DNA of 64,000 nucleotides from Escherichia coli (GTDB lineage Bacteria; Pseudomonadota; Gammaproteobacteria; Enterobacterales; Enterobacteriaceae): NCBI RefSeq assembly GCF_003018235.1, contig NZ_CP027438.1; one strand, 5' to 3'. Shown piece by piece: positions 37,846 to 50,619 of this stretch (position 1 is its first letter; each line of letters starts with the position of its first letter). The notes under the pieces were generated by a model. It saw only the letters and a program-made list of their open reading frames with translations, ran no database searches and was not told where the DNA came from. The position numbers and the translations under genes were made by a program.

Positions 37846-38268
37846 TCATGACATGTGCTCCCCGTCCAGCGCCTGTAACACAACGTTTATTGCTTCGCGT
37901 TCCTCCCTGACGAATGCGTCACCGTCGCCCCCGTTCTCACTCCCGACGGCATACAGGCGCTTCATTTCACTGCCTGCCAGCGCCATCACTTTTTCCAGCA
38001 TCACCGCCGGGACTGTCACCTGACGGCTGGCGCGCTTTTCCTCCATCAGTTCACGAACAACGTCGTGAACAATGCTGACATCCGCACCATGCTCAAAGGC
38101 ATCGTCCAGCCGCTGCATGACGGCTTCCAGCTCATCGTCTGTCAGACTCCAGTCCTGGGCTATGTGACGCACATCCCCACGTGTCAGCACCACGGCAAAA
38201 ACGCATTCACTGTCCGGCACGTCTGTATCCAGCACTTCGCGGATAATTTCTTTAACAGTACAGTACAT
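37846..38268 (-). CDS. hypothetical acidic protein
   Basis: 140-aa ORF; followed in tandem by a 63-aa ORF (37658..37849). Confidence 0.45.
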   Translation of the reverse strand: MYCTVKEIIREVLDTDVPDSECVFAVVLTRGDVRHIAQDWSLTDDELEAVMQRLDDAFEHGADVSIVHDVVRELMEEKRASRQVTVPAVMLEKVMALAGSEMKRLYAVGSENGGDGDAFVREEREAINVVLQALDGEHMS

Positions 38269-38314
38269 GTTCTCGTCTCCTTTACAGGGGCGGCATTGCC
38301 GCCCCGTCCGTTAA

Positions 38315-38740
38315 TCAGTCCAGTGCCGCGTAAATCGCGTTACATTCGGGGTGAAATTCGATGTGACGCCACAACTGCGCATCGCGCATCCGGTAAAGCT
38401 GGGTCAGTCCTGCATCCCCGCTGTCGTGGTACAACCACAACTGGCGGTTAATCACAAGGGAAGTCAGAATGATGCCTGCGGCATCGGCGCTGACCGTGCG
38501 GTCAAACCAGTTTTCACCGTTGACCATGTGGAAACGGTCGCCATCCGGCATCATGTAACCGCCACCGTCCGGCAGGCGGATGAAGTGCCAGAAGCCTCCC
38601 TGATATTCCGGCATCATTTTTTGCGCCAGCGCGTACACATACGCCTCGGCATACAGAAAATCGTTGCCAAACAGATACGGTAGAAAGGAGAGACGGTCGC
38701 ACTCTTCAACGTTCAGAGTGACAGGTTTCGCATACTGCAT
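38315..38740 (-). CDS. KlcA/ArdB-family antirestriction protein
   Basis: 141 aa; [10 protein letters not shown]...[20 protein letters not shown]...[11 protein letters not shown] pattern recalled from KlcA (DFLPTYFG...YWHYYALSDGGFYMAP...LSADAAGIVAT). Confidence 0.6.
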   Translation of the reverse strand: MQYAKPVTLNVEECDRLSFLPYLFGNDFLYAEAYVYALAQKMMPEYQGGFWHFIRLPDGGGYMMPDGDRFHMVNGENWFDRTVSADAAGIILTSLVINRQLWLYHDSGDAGLTQLYRMRDAQLWRHIEFHPECNAIYAALD

Positions 38741-39207
38741 GATGTTTTCCTCCGTTGTTCACATATTCCGCGACACCGGGCGGTGCCGTGCCTCCATAAA
38801 AGCCGGGCGATAAGGCGGGGATGCACCGGGCGCAAGGGAAGCCGCAGCCTGACGCACACGGCTGGCGGGAGTTGGAGGGTGAGACCGCGAAATCTGAGCG
38901 GGTGAACGACCGGAAAATCACGGCAGACGGGAAGGAGGGACCGGGTGACCGCAGCGGCGAAGCGTACCCTTGCATCCCTGCCAGCCCGGCTAAGATGGAG
39001 GCACGGCACAGCCCGCACACGACACGGCGGCCACATAACTGAAAACCCACAAGGCCATGCCCTGCATGGCCGGGTAAAGCGGAGCCGGCGGCGACTTCCT
39101 TTGTGCTCTGTCCGGGGACCGGCAGGAAAAAGGCGGGGATTTTCCCCGCCATCATCATCCTTTGTCGGAAAAGAAACGGGCGGTTGCCCACCCGTCTCCG
39201 TCATACT

Positions 39208-40179
39208 TCATCCGCCATAATGCGCCACATTGTCGACTATCCACGCAGGTCCGGTGACTTCCGGCAGCTCATCGTCATCTGTCGGGGAAGACCATTCCAG
39301 TTCCCCCAACAGCACATCGACGAGCTCTCCGCGCTCATACAACTGCCAGCCACAGAAATCACAGCCCTGTTCGGCATACCAGTGCTCCAGCGTGCAGCTG
39401 AAACGGCGGCTTAATTCTGCAATAACGTCGCTTTCCGGCTGACACCACGGCGTGTCGAAATCAACCTGAATGAAGTTGTCTCCCTGACTGCTGATATTCA
39501 GGTCATACCCACAAGGCCACTTCACGCCATACCGTTCTGTATACCAGTGATATGCAGAAGGAACACCGTTCAGAACACCACCGTTAAAGCCGTTCACTTC
39601 AACATCCAGGCGGGTCGGCAGAACCGTCAGCAGGTCAAACGGCATGGTTTTTTCCGGCACTACGTTGTCACACAGGCGGTTCCACCACACCGATACATCC
39701 TCGTTACTCCAGAAGTCACACCAGTCACCTCTTTTTGCGGTGAAAAGTGCGGTGATGGTATCCCTGACATCGTCCAGTAATCCTTCCCAGCGACGTTGTC
39801 CAGTACCGCTCTGCAGCCAGAGTTCATGCAGCATCAGGCAGTTTTGCTCATCCAGCAGTACACCGTCCTGCAGGTATGTCAGCCAGCGGGTGAACGCGAT
39901 ATTCTCCGGCGATACAACGCCACGCCCGGCAGCCGTCAGTCCGGGGCATGGTTCAAACCGCACATCTTCAGTGGTCTGCAGAAGTCCGGCACTTCCGGCC
40001 AGAAACAGCTGAATACCTTCATTTGTGGCGCGGCGATAAAGCGGTGTGACTGCACCGCTGGCCAGTCGTTTAATCTCAGCGATCTGTGCCGGTTCACCAG
40101 AAAAATACATACGATTCGAGCACCAGTTTGGCATGGGAATTCTCCTCTCACATGCGGCCTCCATCAGGCCGTGCCGCAC
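39208..40179 (-). CDS. conserved plasmid leading-region protein, function unknown
   Basis: 323 aa, Trp/Cys-rich, starts MPNWCSNRMYFSG after upstream in-frame codons. Confidence 0.4.
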   Translation of the reverse strand: MRHGLMEAACERRIPMPNWCSNRMYFSGEPAQIAEIKRLASGAVTPLYRRATNEGIQLFLAGSAGLLQTTEDVRFEPCPGLTAAGRGVVSPENIAFTRWLTYLQDGVLLDEQNCLMLHELWLQSGTGQRRWEGLLDDVRDTITALFTAKRGDWCDFWSNEDVSVWWNRLCDNVVPEKTMPFDLLTVLPTRLDVEVNGFNGGVLNGVPSAYHWYTERYGVKWPCGYDLNISSQGDNFIQVDFDTPWCQPESDVIAELSRRFSCTLEHWYAEQGCDFCGWQLYERGELVDVLLGELEWSSPTDDDELPEVTGPAWIVDNVAHYGG

Positions 40180-40790
40180 CTGTAACCGGGCGACCGCATA
40201 CGAATGCAGGTGCGGCCCCGAAGCCGCTGCGCGTGGAGGAGGAACGACGAAACGTGACCGGGTGAGGATGCCGGCGACAGCGACACACTTGCATCGGATG
40301 CAGCCCGGTTAACGTGTCGGCACGGCCTGGGTAACCAGGTATTTTGTCCACAGAACAGTGCACAAAATGCTGTGGATAAGCTGGACACAGCACTCCACAG
40401 CAGGCATACAGCCACACACTCAGAGAATTGAACATTTTTTAGTCACAATAATGGCATTTGACTGTGTGTGGATTCAGTTATTAGAGTACTGTATATACAC
40501 ACAGTAAAAGAAAAGGGAGATGAGAACATGCTCCGCATTGAAATTCTTTTCGACCGCCAGAGCACAAAAAACCTCAAATCAGGCACACTTCAGGCGCTAC
40601 AGAATGAAATCGAACAACGTCTGAAACCACACTACCCGGAAATCTGGCTGCATATGTGGGAATCCCCGTCCTTCAGAGCGGGGAGCTGTCAACCAGCACT
40701 CCATTGACTCAAATGGCGGGAAACGCGGAAATCTAAAAATTAAGCCGCACACCCCGCGAAATTTTGCAGGTTTCACGGAGCGAGACTTTT

Positions 40791-41183
40791 TTAGATCAGG
40801 TTTTGCATCTTCACCCTAGCCGCTTTCAGACGGGCCTGTTCACCGTCATCCTGAGAGTATTCTGGTGAAACTGTACTCTGAAGCCCTCCCAACGCCTTCA
40901 GTACCTCTTTTAAATCACCGGAGGAGGGTTTCCAGCCTGTTATCCTGGCAATCTGACTAATGACCTCATCCGCATTCAGTTCTCTGGTGAATAGCGCGGT
41001 TAACACGGCGGGAATTCGCTCATCAAGCTGATGCATTATCAGGCCGGTTATCAAAGCCTGCCGATATAACTCCCCCCGTTTTTTCCGGGGAACAGTTTCG
41101 ATTTCAGCCAGTGCAAGACAATCGGCAGAGTCCTCCGGGTGAAGGTAGAGTGAAAGTTTTTTCCTTTCTTCGCCGTCGTACAT
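40791..41183 (-). CDS. stbB: StbB/ParR-type centromere-binding protein
   Basis: 130 aa immediately downstream of the actin-like ATPase gene. Confidence 0.7.
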   Translation of the reverse strand: MYDGEERKKLSLYLHPEDSADCLALAEIETVPRKKRGELYRQALITGLIMHQLDERIPAVLTALFTRELNADEVISQIARITGWKPSSGDLKEVLKALGGLQSTVSPEYSQDDGEQARLKAARVKMQNLI

Positions 41184-41186
41184 CGA

Positions 41187-42182
41187 TTACTCCTCCGCTT
41201 TGAAGCGTGCAATAGCCTGGACCAGCGCTGTCTGAGGTTCATCCATAAGAACCACCTTTTCGCCAAGGTGGTTCCATGCCTTACGAACAGCATCAGCAAT
41301 GAGTGCTGCCCCGCCACCGACAATATATACGCGGTTTACGTTTCGATACTGCAGCAAATCATCAACAACTAGCTCGCCCAGTTTATTTATCGCTGTATCA
41401 ATGGTATCCAGCACCAGATTTAGTTTAGAGACCTCATTTACAACCTGCCCCACAAAATCCAGGTTCTTCCTGTTTTTGATCAACTCGTCAGCAATCATTG
41501 GACTGGTATCACTGCTGGCCATTTTCAGTGCAGTGAGCGTGGCTTTCGTGACCATTGATACACCAATATCAGGATTACCATGTACTGCCGAAACATCCTC
41601 AAACTGGCCAACAATAACCCCGACATCCAGAGTTGTACCACCGAGATCGATAACCAATGATTTTTCGTACTGACCAACATTGTCAGCAACTAGGCGAGTA
41701 AATACAGCCGGGAGTGATTCAGGCATCACTTCAACGCTTTTAATGGTAAAAGTTCCCCCTTTGTTCAGGGTGACTTCCCGCATCAGGTTGCGAATTTTTC
41801 TCTCAATGTTAAGCGTATTTTTCTGGCAGTCGGCCGTGTAAAACTCGCTGATAGGTAACGTAACAGTGAGATCGATCTCCTGGGGTTCAATTCCACTGTT
41901 CAGTAATGCGTGGTGAACTGCCAACACATTTGTATCAGAGTACTGATACTCAATATGAGTCGTGCTGATCGCATCTTCGCTGACCGGGTCGTAGGTATAT
42001 TTACGGCCATCAAGCAGATAGTTATAGGTACGACTGCTGCCTAAGCCCTCGACTTTCCAGTTATGGCGAAAAGAGTTCACTGATACCGCACTTTTCAGCG
42101 TCTTGCCTTCAAACCAGGCAAGTTTCACATTTGTAGAACCATCATCGCAAAAAATTTTCATACCATCTCCATTTATACTCAA
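41187..42182 (-). CDS. stbA: StbA/ParM actin-like segregation ATPase
   Basis: 331 aa; actin-fold phosphate motifs (DDGSTNVKL, VIDLGGTTLDV, IVGGGA). Confidence 0.8.
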   Translation of the reverse strand: MSINGDGMKIFCDDGSTNVKLAWFEGKTLKSAVSVNSFRHNWKVEGLGSSRTYNYLLDGRKYTYDPVSEDAISTTHIEYQYSDTNVLAVHHALLNSGIEPQEIDLTVTLPISEFYTADCQKNTLNIERKIRNLMREVTLNKGGTFTIKSVEVMPESLPAVFTRLVADNVGQYEKSLVIDLGGTTLDVGVIVGQFEDVSAVHGNPDIGVSMVTKATLTALKMASSDTSPMIADELIKNRKNLDFVGQVVNEVSKLNLVLDTIDTAINKLGELVVDDLLQYRNVNRVYIVGGGAALIADAVRKAWNHLGEKVVLMDEPQTALVQAIARFKAEE

Positions 42183-42399
42183 TTTGAGTGTTCATCTTCG
42201 CCCAATAACTACTCACATTAAGTAAATATGTTCATAAACCACAGGTAAGTACTCAAACTGCGTACTTCACGGGGGCAGTTAACTACTCAATTTGAGCATT
42301 ATATCATTTATCTTGCAGCAATCTAGCATTTATCTAGCATAAATCTTGCTGCAAGATTCCACACAAAAAAAGAATGCAGCAAGATTGCTGCATCCCGGA
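42183..42399. repeat. centromere-like repeat array between parB and stbA
   Basis: Repeated AACTACTCA/TACTCA motifs (42176-42298) and TTGCAGCAAGATT-type motifs (42300-42400). Confidence 0.55.
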
Positions 42400-42774
42400 T
42401 TAATAGCTCTGTTTTTCCTTATATGCCTCAACTGCTTTTTCCAGAACTTCCACTAGTTTCAACCCCTCACGCTCTGCGATATCCCGGATCTCTTGGTCGA
42501 AAGCAGGTGTGACACGTGTTGCAAATGCCAGCGTCCTGTTTGTCTTTCTGGCAGAACGGCCATCGCGGCGGGTATATGCCTCGGTCACTGTTTGCGTAAC
42601 CACAGGCTCATGGTGCACTGGCGATGAGTCTGCCTGTTGTCTCTGAATATCAGTGGCAGCGACAGCCGGAGCTATCTCAGGCGCATTCAGGCTGGTAGCC
42701 ACTTCGTCGGGGCCCGGGGGTACCCCCAGCCCACCACGGGTCCTTTTAGTCTTAAGTTTTGATGCATCAGCCAT
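42400..42774 (-). CDS. small ParB/ParG-like centromere-binding protein
   Basis: 124 aa, basic N-tail, C-terminal RHH-like segment; start overlaps parA stop. Confidence 0.55.
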   Translation of the reverse strand: MADASKLKTKRTRGGLGVPPGPDEVATSLNAPEIAPAVAATDIQRQQADSSPVHHEPVVTQTVTEAYTRRDGRSARKTNRTLAFATRVTPAFDQEIRDIAEREGLKLVEVLEKAVEAYKEKQSY

Positions 42775-43406
42775 TACTCTTCTCCAATCTTATCGATGAG
42801 TGCCTGGATAAGTTCATCAGCTCTCTCGTTTAAACCTTTATAACGTGTTTCTGTCACTGCGAGTCCTGAATTCATCGCTTTTCTGTATGCTGGCTTCTCA
42901 AAAAGGCATCCAGATAAAGTTTCATAACCTGCTTCACTGATATATGCACGAGCATCCAGCTCTTCCGCTTCGGTACCTACTCTGCTTAAAGCGAAGACCA
43001 GTTTTGAACGTGGTACACCTTCTTTTACCAGCGCGTTGAAAACTTTAATGGCCGGGACAAGATCGTCAAGGGAGGCCCCCGTTGGCTGGACGATAAGGTC
43101 GGCGACCTTAGCAATTTCTGAAGTCCCTTTGCTTGCACGAGCTGGGCCATCAAGAATCAGAAGGTCAAAATCGCCGGCAGATTCTATCGCCTGCTTTGCT
43201 GTTGAAAACACTTCAACTGAAGCAACCGGTGGCAAACCAGCTGACAGACGTCGACGATGCCACTCAGCACTCGTTGCCTGTTCCAGGTCGAGATCAGCTA
43301 ATTTTGTTTTGATGCCACAGGCGGATGCTTCACGCGCTAACGCTCTCGCTTTAGTGCTTTTGCCCACACCACCTTTCTGGGAAATAAAACCAACTATCCA
43401 GGCCAT
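42774..43406 (-). CDS. parA: ParA-family (type Ib, ParF-like) partition ATPase
   Basis: 210 aa; deviant Walker A KGGVGKST. Confidence 0.8.
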   Translation of the reverse strand: MAWIVGFISQKGGVGKSTKARALAREASACGIKTKLADLDLEQATSAEWHRRRLSAGLPPVASVEVFSTAKQAIESAGDFDLLILDGPARASKGTSEIAKVADLIVQPTGASLDDLVPAIKVFNALVKEGVPRSKLVFALSRVGTEAEELDARAYISEAGYETLSGCLFEKPAYRKAMNSGLAVTETRYKGLNERADELIQALIDKIGEE

Positions 43407-43700
43407 TTAGCCTCCTTTACTTGCTGCTATCTTGCAGCAAACATAGATATAAACCAAGTTGAGGTTAGGTAAAATAACTCTTCCAGAACAAGATAACAGC
43501 TTGCAGCAAGATTACAACAATCAAAAATCTAGCAGCAAGATTTAATCTTGCTATTCAGAAGAGTGCTGGAATTGACTGCCGAATACTTGTGTCACGTTAA
43601 CAATAATAAAAGCTGCAAGCTTTATGCAATCTTGCAGCAACAATAAAAGAAAACTCATTCAGAATTGCATCGACAGATGCAGCAAGATTGCCACAAGCAT
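43407..43700. repeat. array of GCAGCAAGATT-like repeats upstream of parA
   Basis: At least six copies or inverted copies (CTTGCTGCTATCTTGCAGCAAAC, GCTTGCAGCAAGATTA, CTAGCAGCAAGATTTAATCTTGCT, AATCTTGCAGCAAC, TGCAGCAAGATTGCC). Confidence 0.6.
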
Positions 43701-44059
43701 GCACACAGCAAAACATGAGCTGAGCGCTATGCTATACCACCAGAAAATGATTGTCTGGAAACTAAGTCACTATAAGTCCCGGCATCTACAGGCAGCATGA
43801 TATAAGCAATCTATTTTATTGCAGCTATCATGCTGAAAGATTGCTGTTAGAATCAGGCAGCGCTCGCCGCAGCCATGTAACCGAGCGTAGCGAGCGAACT
43901 GGCGAGGAAGCGAAGAGGTATCGTTCCTGCAGATAGCTCTTACGCTCAACACAAGAATATTTTTCCATCCTCTGTGGGAAACAGGTCAACGTCGTGGACG
44001 GCCTGATCTGCGGGAAACACCACAAGTATAGGCGCACACGGATAGCCTGTTCAGGGCAA

Positions 44060-44160
44060 TAAGTGTGACAATCTACCCTCATGTATAGTGACAAATCACC
44101 CTCAACCTGCCGGATCAAATGTGACGAACCACCCTCAAATCTGTGACAGATAACCCTCAA
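44060..44160. repeat. incC-type iterons downstream of repE
   Basis: Four direct repeats of about 19 bp (GTGACAATCTACCCTCA, GTGACAAATCACCCTCA, GTGACGAACCACCCTCA, GTGACAGATAACCCTCA). Confidence 0.75.
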
Positions 44161-44161
44161 A

Positions 44162-44974
<813 letters not shown>

Positions 44975-45012
44975 TCAACAGGGATGGATAACTTTGTGAA
45001 AAGCAACACCAT

Positions 45013-45108
45013 CTGAGGGCAATTTGTCACAGGGTTAAGGGTGATCTGTCACAGAAAGGACTACTATTTGAGGGTGATTTGTCACATTGAAAGGGCGGTT
45101 TGTCACAG
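45013..45108. repeat. ori2 iterons upstream of repE
   Basis: Four 19-bp direct repeats TGAGGGCAATTTGTCACAG, TAAGGGTGATCTGTCACAG, TGAGGGTGATTTGTCACAT, AAGGGCGGTTTGTCACAG. Confidence 0.8.
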
Positions 45109-45419
45109 TTCCCCCTCTGGAGGCCGTATGGATAAAGGCCTGCAAGCATTCTAAAAATAAAGATCTAACAACTATAAAAAAGATCTTATAAAAATAACTA
45201 GGTGGATAAGTGGATAACCCCTAGGTAAGGAGATTTTTCAGGCATAGAGCGTAAGCGGAATATATAAGTACTGTTCCCTGGTGCTTCCTCGCTCACTCGG
45301 GGCTTCGCCCTGTCGCTCGGCTGCGGCGAGCACTGCTGGCTCGATCATATCCGTAACCAAAAGTACGCCGCACTGGGTAAAATACGGCATATCCAGACAT
45401 TTTACTAAGCAATTTGAAT

Positions 45420-45608
45420 TCAGCAGACCTCATCGGCGAGCAGGACCTTAAGCGGTATACCGGCATACAGCATGTGCATCGCATAGGAATGTCGGAACGT
45501 ATGTGGCGTGACCGGGACGTAATGGAGCAGGGCACTTACCTCGGGAGCCAGCAGATATTTCGGCAGTTCATCATGGACCATCGACATCTGGCGGATAATC
45601 AATGGCAA
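45420..45608 (-). pseudogene. tyrosine recombinase (ResD-like) remnant
   Basis: 62-aa ORF joining an N-proximal segment ([30 protein letters not shown]) directly to the catalytic-region motif [24 protein letters not shown], then terminating. Confidence 0.55.
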
Positions 45609-45690
45609 CAGGAAGTTGTGCAGACTGTCCGACAGAATACACTGCCGGTACCATGACTGCAGACTGGCTGTGTATAACGGAGCCTGACAT

Positions 45691-46216
<526 letters not shown>

Positions 46217-46392
46217 AGCACACCTCTTTCTGACATACTTCTGGTATGTATATCAGTATATATTCTTATGTCGCAAAAATCAGCGCGTTAATACACATAC
46301 TGTTATCTGGCTTTTAGTAAGCCTTATTTATTTTACCTTGCATTATGTTAACCAATAAAAATCAAAATCAGACTTATAAAAACAAAGCGTAA

Positions 46393-47052
46393 TTATCGAA
46401 GGACCATTTCCGGTAGATCCGATTTTTCTGTTATTAACGTGTTTCCGGAAGGGTACCACGCTGAGGAAATAATCATATCGCTGTTTTCCGCCCCTGCGCG
46501 GCGCATCACAGGTAAGGGAAATAACACAACATATAGTGTCATGAGCAGATGAATGCAGCACGACATGTTGTACTTACAGGAGGTGGCGTAGTGTGGGGGG
46601 AGAGAAAGATCCGTGACTGTAAATGAATAGCGTCCCTGCATATTAATATGCCCGCACTGTAATAGTGACAGTTTCTCAACGTCTGAATCCAGGACCGGGT
46701 ACCCCTCACGCCTGAGCTGCTGAATTGCTGCATCCATGTAAATAGTGTTCCACAGAACAATAATATTGAGCACCAGACCTAACGCTCCAAGTTGATCTTC
46801 CTGGCCTTCACGGTAAGCCTGTCTCAGTTCTCCCCGCCTACCATGAAAGACGTTTCTGGCCACTGCATGGCGCCCCTCTCCACGGTTGAGTTGTTGCAAC
46901 GTTCTCCGTCGTTTGTTTTCATCATCGAGATAAGTCAGCATATGGATAGTTTTATCGGCACGTCCTATTTCGGCTATAGCAGCATGAAGAGTTTCAGAAA
47001 ATGACAGAGCGCGAGCAAGTACCTTTATTGAAATCGCCAGAATGATGTTCAT
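46393..47052 (-). pseudogene. Tn3-family transposase C-terminal fragment
   Basis: ...REGQEDQLGALGLVLNIIVLWNTIYMDAAIQQLRREGYPVLDSDVEKLSLLQCGHINMQGRYSFTV...; no upstream catalytic domain, no recognisable 38-bp IR. Confidence 0.6.
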
Positions 47053-47078
47053 CGATAGGAATTAAAAAACCGGAAAGA

Positions 47079-47474
47079 TTAAAAAAACACCAAAAAATGG
47101 GACCAGTACTGGCACGGAAACGTGAACACAATATGCTGCCACGGGCAGTCGGGGACCAGACTCAGCAGATACTGTATCCACTGTGCGCCGGCCTTCACTC
47201 CGCAGTGCGGACAGGAACGGCTTTTACACCGGAAGCAGACCTTCTTTGTGTGGCAACAGCCCGGTGACGAACAGCACCATTGCGTGTAGCCCATCAGCGT
47301 GGTCCCACAGACCATGATTTTTGTCACTGACTCAATCACCTCCGGACGCACAGATCCTTCCGGCTGCTTCTCCAGCCAGTTAAGCCAGCGGTTACCCTGT
47401 TGAAAGATGTCTGCGAAACGGGGAAGCGTCAGATGGGGGGAGTAACGCCACCCGGCCAGTGAACTGTGCCGCAT
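47079..47474 (-). pseudogene. transposase N-terminal fragment with Cys/His zinc-binding cluster (IS91-family-like)
   Basis: 131-aa ORF with CxxxxC...CPHCG pattern; no downstream catalytic domain. Confidence 0.3.
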
Positions 47475-47726
47475 TCCGGGCAGTACATACCACCGGCGCT
47501 GATACCGGCAAGAATGGTTGCAAACTCTCGCTCCGTACAGCGGGCTATTTCCGGATACCCTTCGTCATTGACACGAACAAACCAGAAGACCAGATTTTTG
47601 TTTCCTGCATCCAGAAAGAACGGAATACCCAGGTCAGCGCAACACTCAACGGCATCGTCAAAATTATCAAAGCGCAAAACTTCAGCGTCTTCTTCGTCAA
47701 AAAAATCATCCGGATGAAGATAGGCA

Positions 47727-48020
47727 TTGCTTGGTCCGGTTGTGATTTGTTTTGATTTGGCCGTTGATCAGATCGCACAATCCGGACTAAGTTCCCTCAA
47801 AGTGATCTACTATTCCGCGCATCTATTTAGAGTGAATACAGCAGGCCTTATTCGCTCAATGTCCCGTAAAGGGTGTTTGTCCGATAATGCTGCGTACGAA
47901 AGCTATTTCGGCAAACTCAAAATGAAATGCATTATGGGCGTAAATGGTCGGGCATTACGCCAGAAAAGTTCATGCTACATGCGGACACTTATATCTGATG
48001 GTATAAAGAGCGGCGTATAA
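47727..48020 (+). pseudogene. IS3-family OrfB C-terminal fragment
   Basis: ...SMSRKGCLSDNAAYESYFGKLKMKC... resembles the SRKGNCWDNAxxESFF OrfB motif. Confidence 0.4.
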
Positions 48021-48329
48021 AATTATCGCTGGGTGCAGTCAGCCCCGAAATGTACCGCCAACAACGTGGGCTGACATAATAAAACAGTCCAAGAAAGTAC
48101 GCATCCCCATTCGTCTGATATCACTGGCGCTGGCAAAATCGTTCTGCTCAGGTTCAGGCTCTGACAAGAAGATACTGGGTCCGAATACCGTTATCAGATG
48201 AGTGAGCACTAACACTTAACGGCTGGTTTTAACGCTTTTTTCAATGCCCGATATCCAGAAGACTCAGGCCAGCAAACATCTGTTTAAGGCAGTGGTTCTC
48301 GTACTCAAGATATACGCATCCTATAATAA

Positions 48330-49139
48330 TTATTGACTAAATAAATCCATATATTTTTTAGGCGTTATGTTAAAGTTTCTTTTAAATACAGTAATAAAGT
48401 AAGAATAATTATCATAACCACACATTTGTGATATTCTCTGCACTGAAGCCCTTTTCTGTCGCAAGAATTTAGCTGCCGCGTTCATTCTTGCTGACAAGCA
48501 AATCTCCGAGAAGGTTGTATTTTCATATTGTAACTTTCTTTTTAGCGATGATGGACTAAAATATAGGTATTTAGCCATATCTTCAAGTGACCATTTTTTA
48601 TCCAAGCTATTATATACAATATTGTATACTTTCTCCTTAAGAGTTGCCTCTGATGAACTTCTGATCACATAAGGTAATGAATTATTGGTAATAAAATGTG
48701 AAAGAATATAATAGAATGAATAAATAATATCAGCTGAATGGAGGTCATTAAGCCTCTCTTGAGGTATATTTCCTACTTTACTCAAGATACTATTATCATA
48801 TGCTATGTCAACGGCTTTTATGACCCATTCATTTGCATTATCTGAAGTTCTTGCTTTACCTGTTTCTGATTTTATATCGTCAAATCCTTCGCAGAATTTT
48901 TTTAAAACATAAGATGGTACAGGAATCAGTGAAAAAACAGGTTTTTCTTTTGATTTTACTGATGACAGACCTACCTTTATTCCTTTTTTTATAAAATAAA
49001 CACCCTCAGATATAGCATAGCAACATAAACTATCCATGTTGCATATAACAACGTTCCCTTGAGCCACATTAACTATAGTCGAATAGGCAACATAGTAGTT
49101 TTTAACCAAGTGTTTTTGTGTATGGGTATTTATATTCAT
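48330..49139 (-). CDS. AraC-family transcriptional regulator, second copy type
   Basis: 269 aa; C-terminal twin HTH (KKWSLEDMAKYLYFSPSSLKRKLQYENTTFSEICLSARMNAAAKFLRQKRASVQRISQMCGYDNYSYFITVFKRNFNITPKKY); distinct from the regulator at 82..870. Confidence 0.8.
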   Translation of the reverse strand: MNINTHTQKHLVKNYYVAYSTIVNVAQGNVVICNMDSLCCYAISEGVYFIKKGIKVGLSSVKSKEKPVFSLIPVPSYVLKKFCEGFDDIKSETGKARTSDNANEWVIKAVDIAYDNSILSKVGNIPQERLNDLHSADIIYSFYYILSHFITNNSLPYVIRSSSEATLKEKVYNIVYNSLDKKWSLEDMAKYLYFSPSSLKRKLQYENTTFSEICLSARMNAAAKFLRQKRASVQRISQMCGYDNYSYFITVFKRNFNITPKKYMDLFSQ

Positions 49140-50073
49140 TCCATATACCTTATTGATATTTTTTTATCATTATTTCACGTAGCGATAACTTTTTCATAAA
49201 ACATACCTAAACACAAAATAAAAAGAGCTATATTTAAAATTATAATATTCTTGTTAACTCTGAATTGCGTATTCAATAACTACATTATTCTTTCTGAGAG
49301 AAAAACAACATTTTTTCGGTTTGATGGTTATTACTATCATTATAAGGTAAGGCTATTTTTATAATGGCACTTCATTTATTTTATGGTTATTTTTAATAGG
49401 TTATCTACTGAAGATACCCCTTCCCCTCACACATAATAGGAACCTAGATAAAAAACCAGCAATAAACACCAGATTATCATGAACTGATTGATATGTTAAT
49501 ATCATAAATACACTAATGTCTACATTTAAATTTTTAATGCTTTTTTTTTGTGAATTTTTACTATTTATTTTTAGTGTGAAAATAAACATGATTTTATAAT
49601 AAAATTCTATGCTTAATCGATTATCTAACCAATATCAGAAATTTTTTTCGAATGATTACTAATGTGGAGCATCAAGCGTCCATTAATATTCGTTTTTTGT
49701 TTTTTTGTGTTTTGTGATGTTGGTCACATTTTTTATTTTATAACGTCCTGTCTGATACTGGGTCAAATCAACATATTAGATGACCTAGATAAGCATTTAT
49801 TCACGGATAGGGCCGCAGGCGTTTTTTAGTATTTCGTTCTCTCCGACAACGGTACCACATTTCGGTACATGTCATATGGACAATACGAAGCAAAAAAAGC
49901 AACTGAATTACGTAAGAATGGCTGGCTCACATTTGTCTCTCTGGAAAGGGGCTCTGAACACTCAATAAATGTTAATAACAGACCAATTAATCTTTATTGT
50001 AATGCATCGCATTGATGTGACTTTTTTTTTGTATAGAATATTATTTTCTTTGTTTTATAAGGATATATTTATT

Positions 50074-50481
50074 ATGAAGAAAAAAATTCAATATTTTCCG
50101 TTTGCTCTTCTAATTGGTCTGAGTTTCAACTCCTTTGCAGGTTCGCATCAGCAACCTTGGACCCCAAGTATTCAGCCCAAAGACTGTATTGGCTTGAATT
50201 TTATATCGGGACAGTTTACAGCAGATACCAATATGGGAACTTTGTTTTTTAAAAACAGCAAACCAGAGTGTAAGGAGGTTATTGATAAGGGCTATGCCAG
50301 CGGTGTACACGGTATCGTTAAAGGCGATGTTGACTTCGATAAGTGGGGACCAACCATAAATTACGGCCTTCTAAACAATAGATTCAGCTATTATGTTTAC
50401 CAGCATAGCCGTTACACGTTTCCAGCACCAATCAAGAAAGGAACTCAGCTTGAACTTGAATCTGCAGATTGGATTAGATGA
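50074..50481 (+). CDS. small secreted protein, dispersin/CexE-like candidate (paralogue 1)
   Basis: 135 aa; signal peptide MKKKIQYFPFALLIGLSFNSFA then Gly; two Cys; shares C-x-L...EC-x-x-I-x-GYA-x-GV-G pattern with ORF 51554..51919. Confidence 0.55.
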   Translation: MKKKIQYFPFALLIGLSFNSFAGSHQQPWTPSIQPKDCIGLNFISGQFTADTNMGTLFFKNSKPECKEVIDKGYASGVHGIVKGDVDFDKWGPTINYGLLNNRFSYYVYQHSRYTFPAPIKKGTQLELESADWIR

Positions 50482-50619
50482 TGCGAATAACGGCACTGAT
50501 CTTGTCTATCAGGAATTTTATTTAACATAATCTGTCTATATTATTACGTTTTCCTGTCAGATGGTTCTGGATATTTCAGGGGATCGCCTGACAGGTCATT
50601 CAGAACAACTAAACCGGTT

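Noticed and set aside
36893-38023. Many overlapping ORFs (up to 284 aa) on both strands in the GC-rich island
   Set aside because: Mutually overlapping frames, low-complexity Arg/Pro/Gly or Lys/Arg runs, no recognisable domain; treated as non-coding
43828-44160. 110-aa minus-strand ORF between the par repeats and repE
   Set aside because: Overlaps the incC iteron array and has no domain features; likely non-coding
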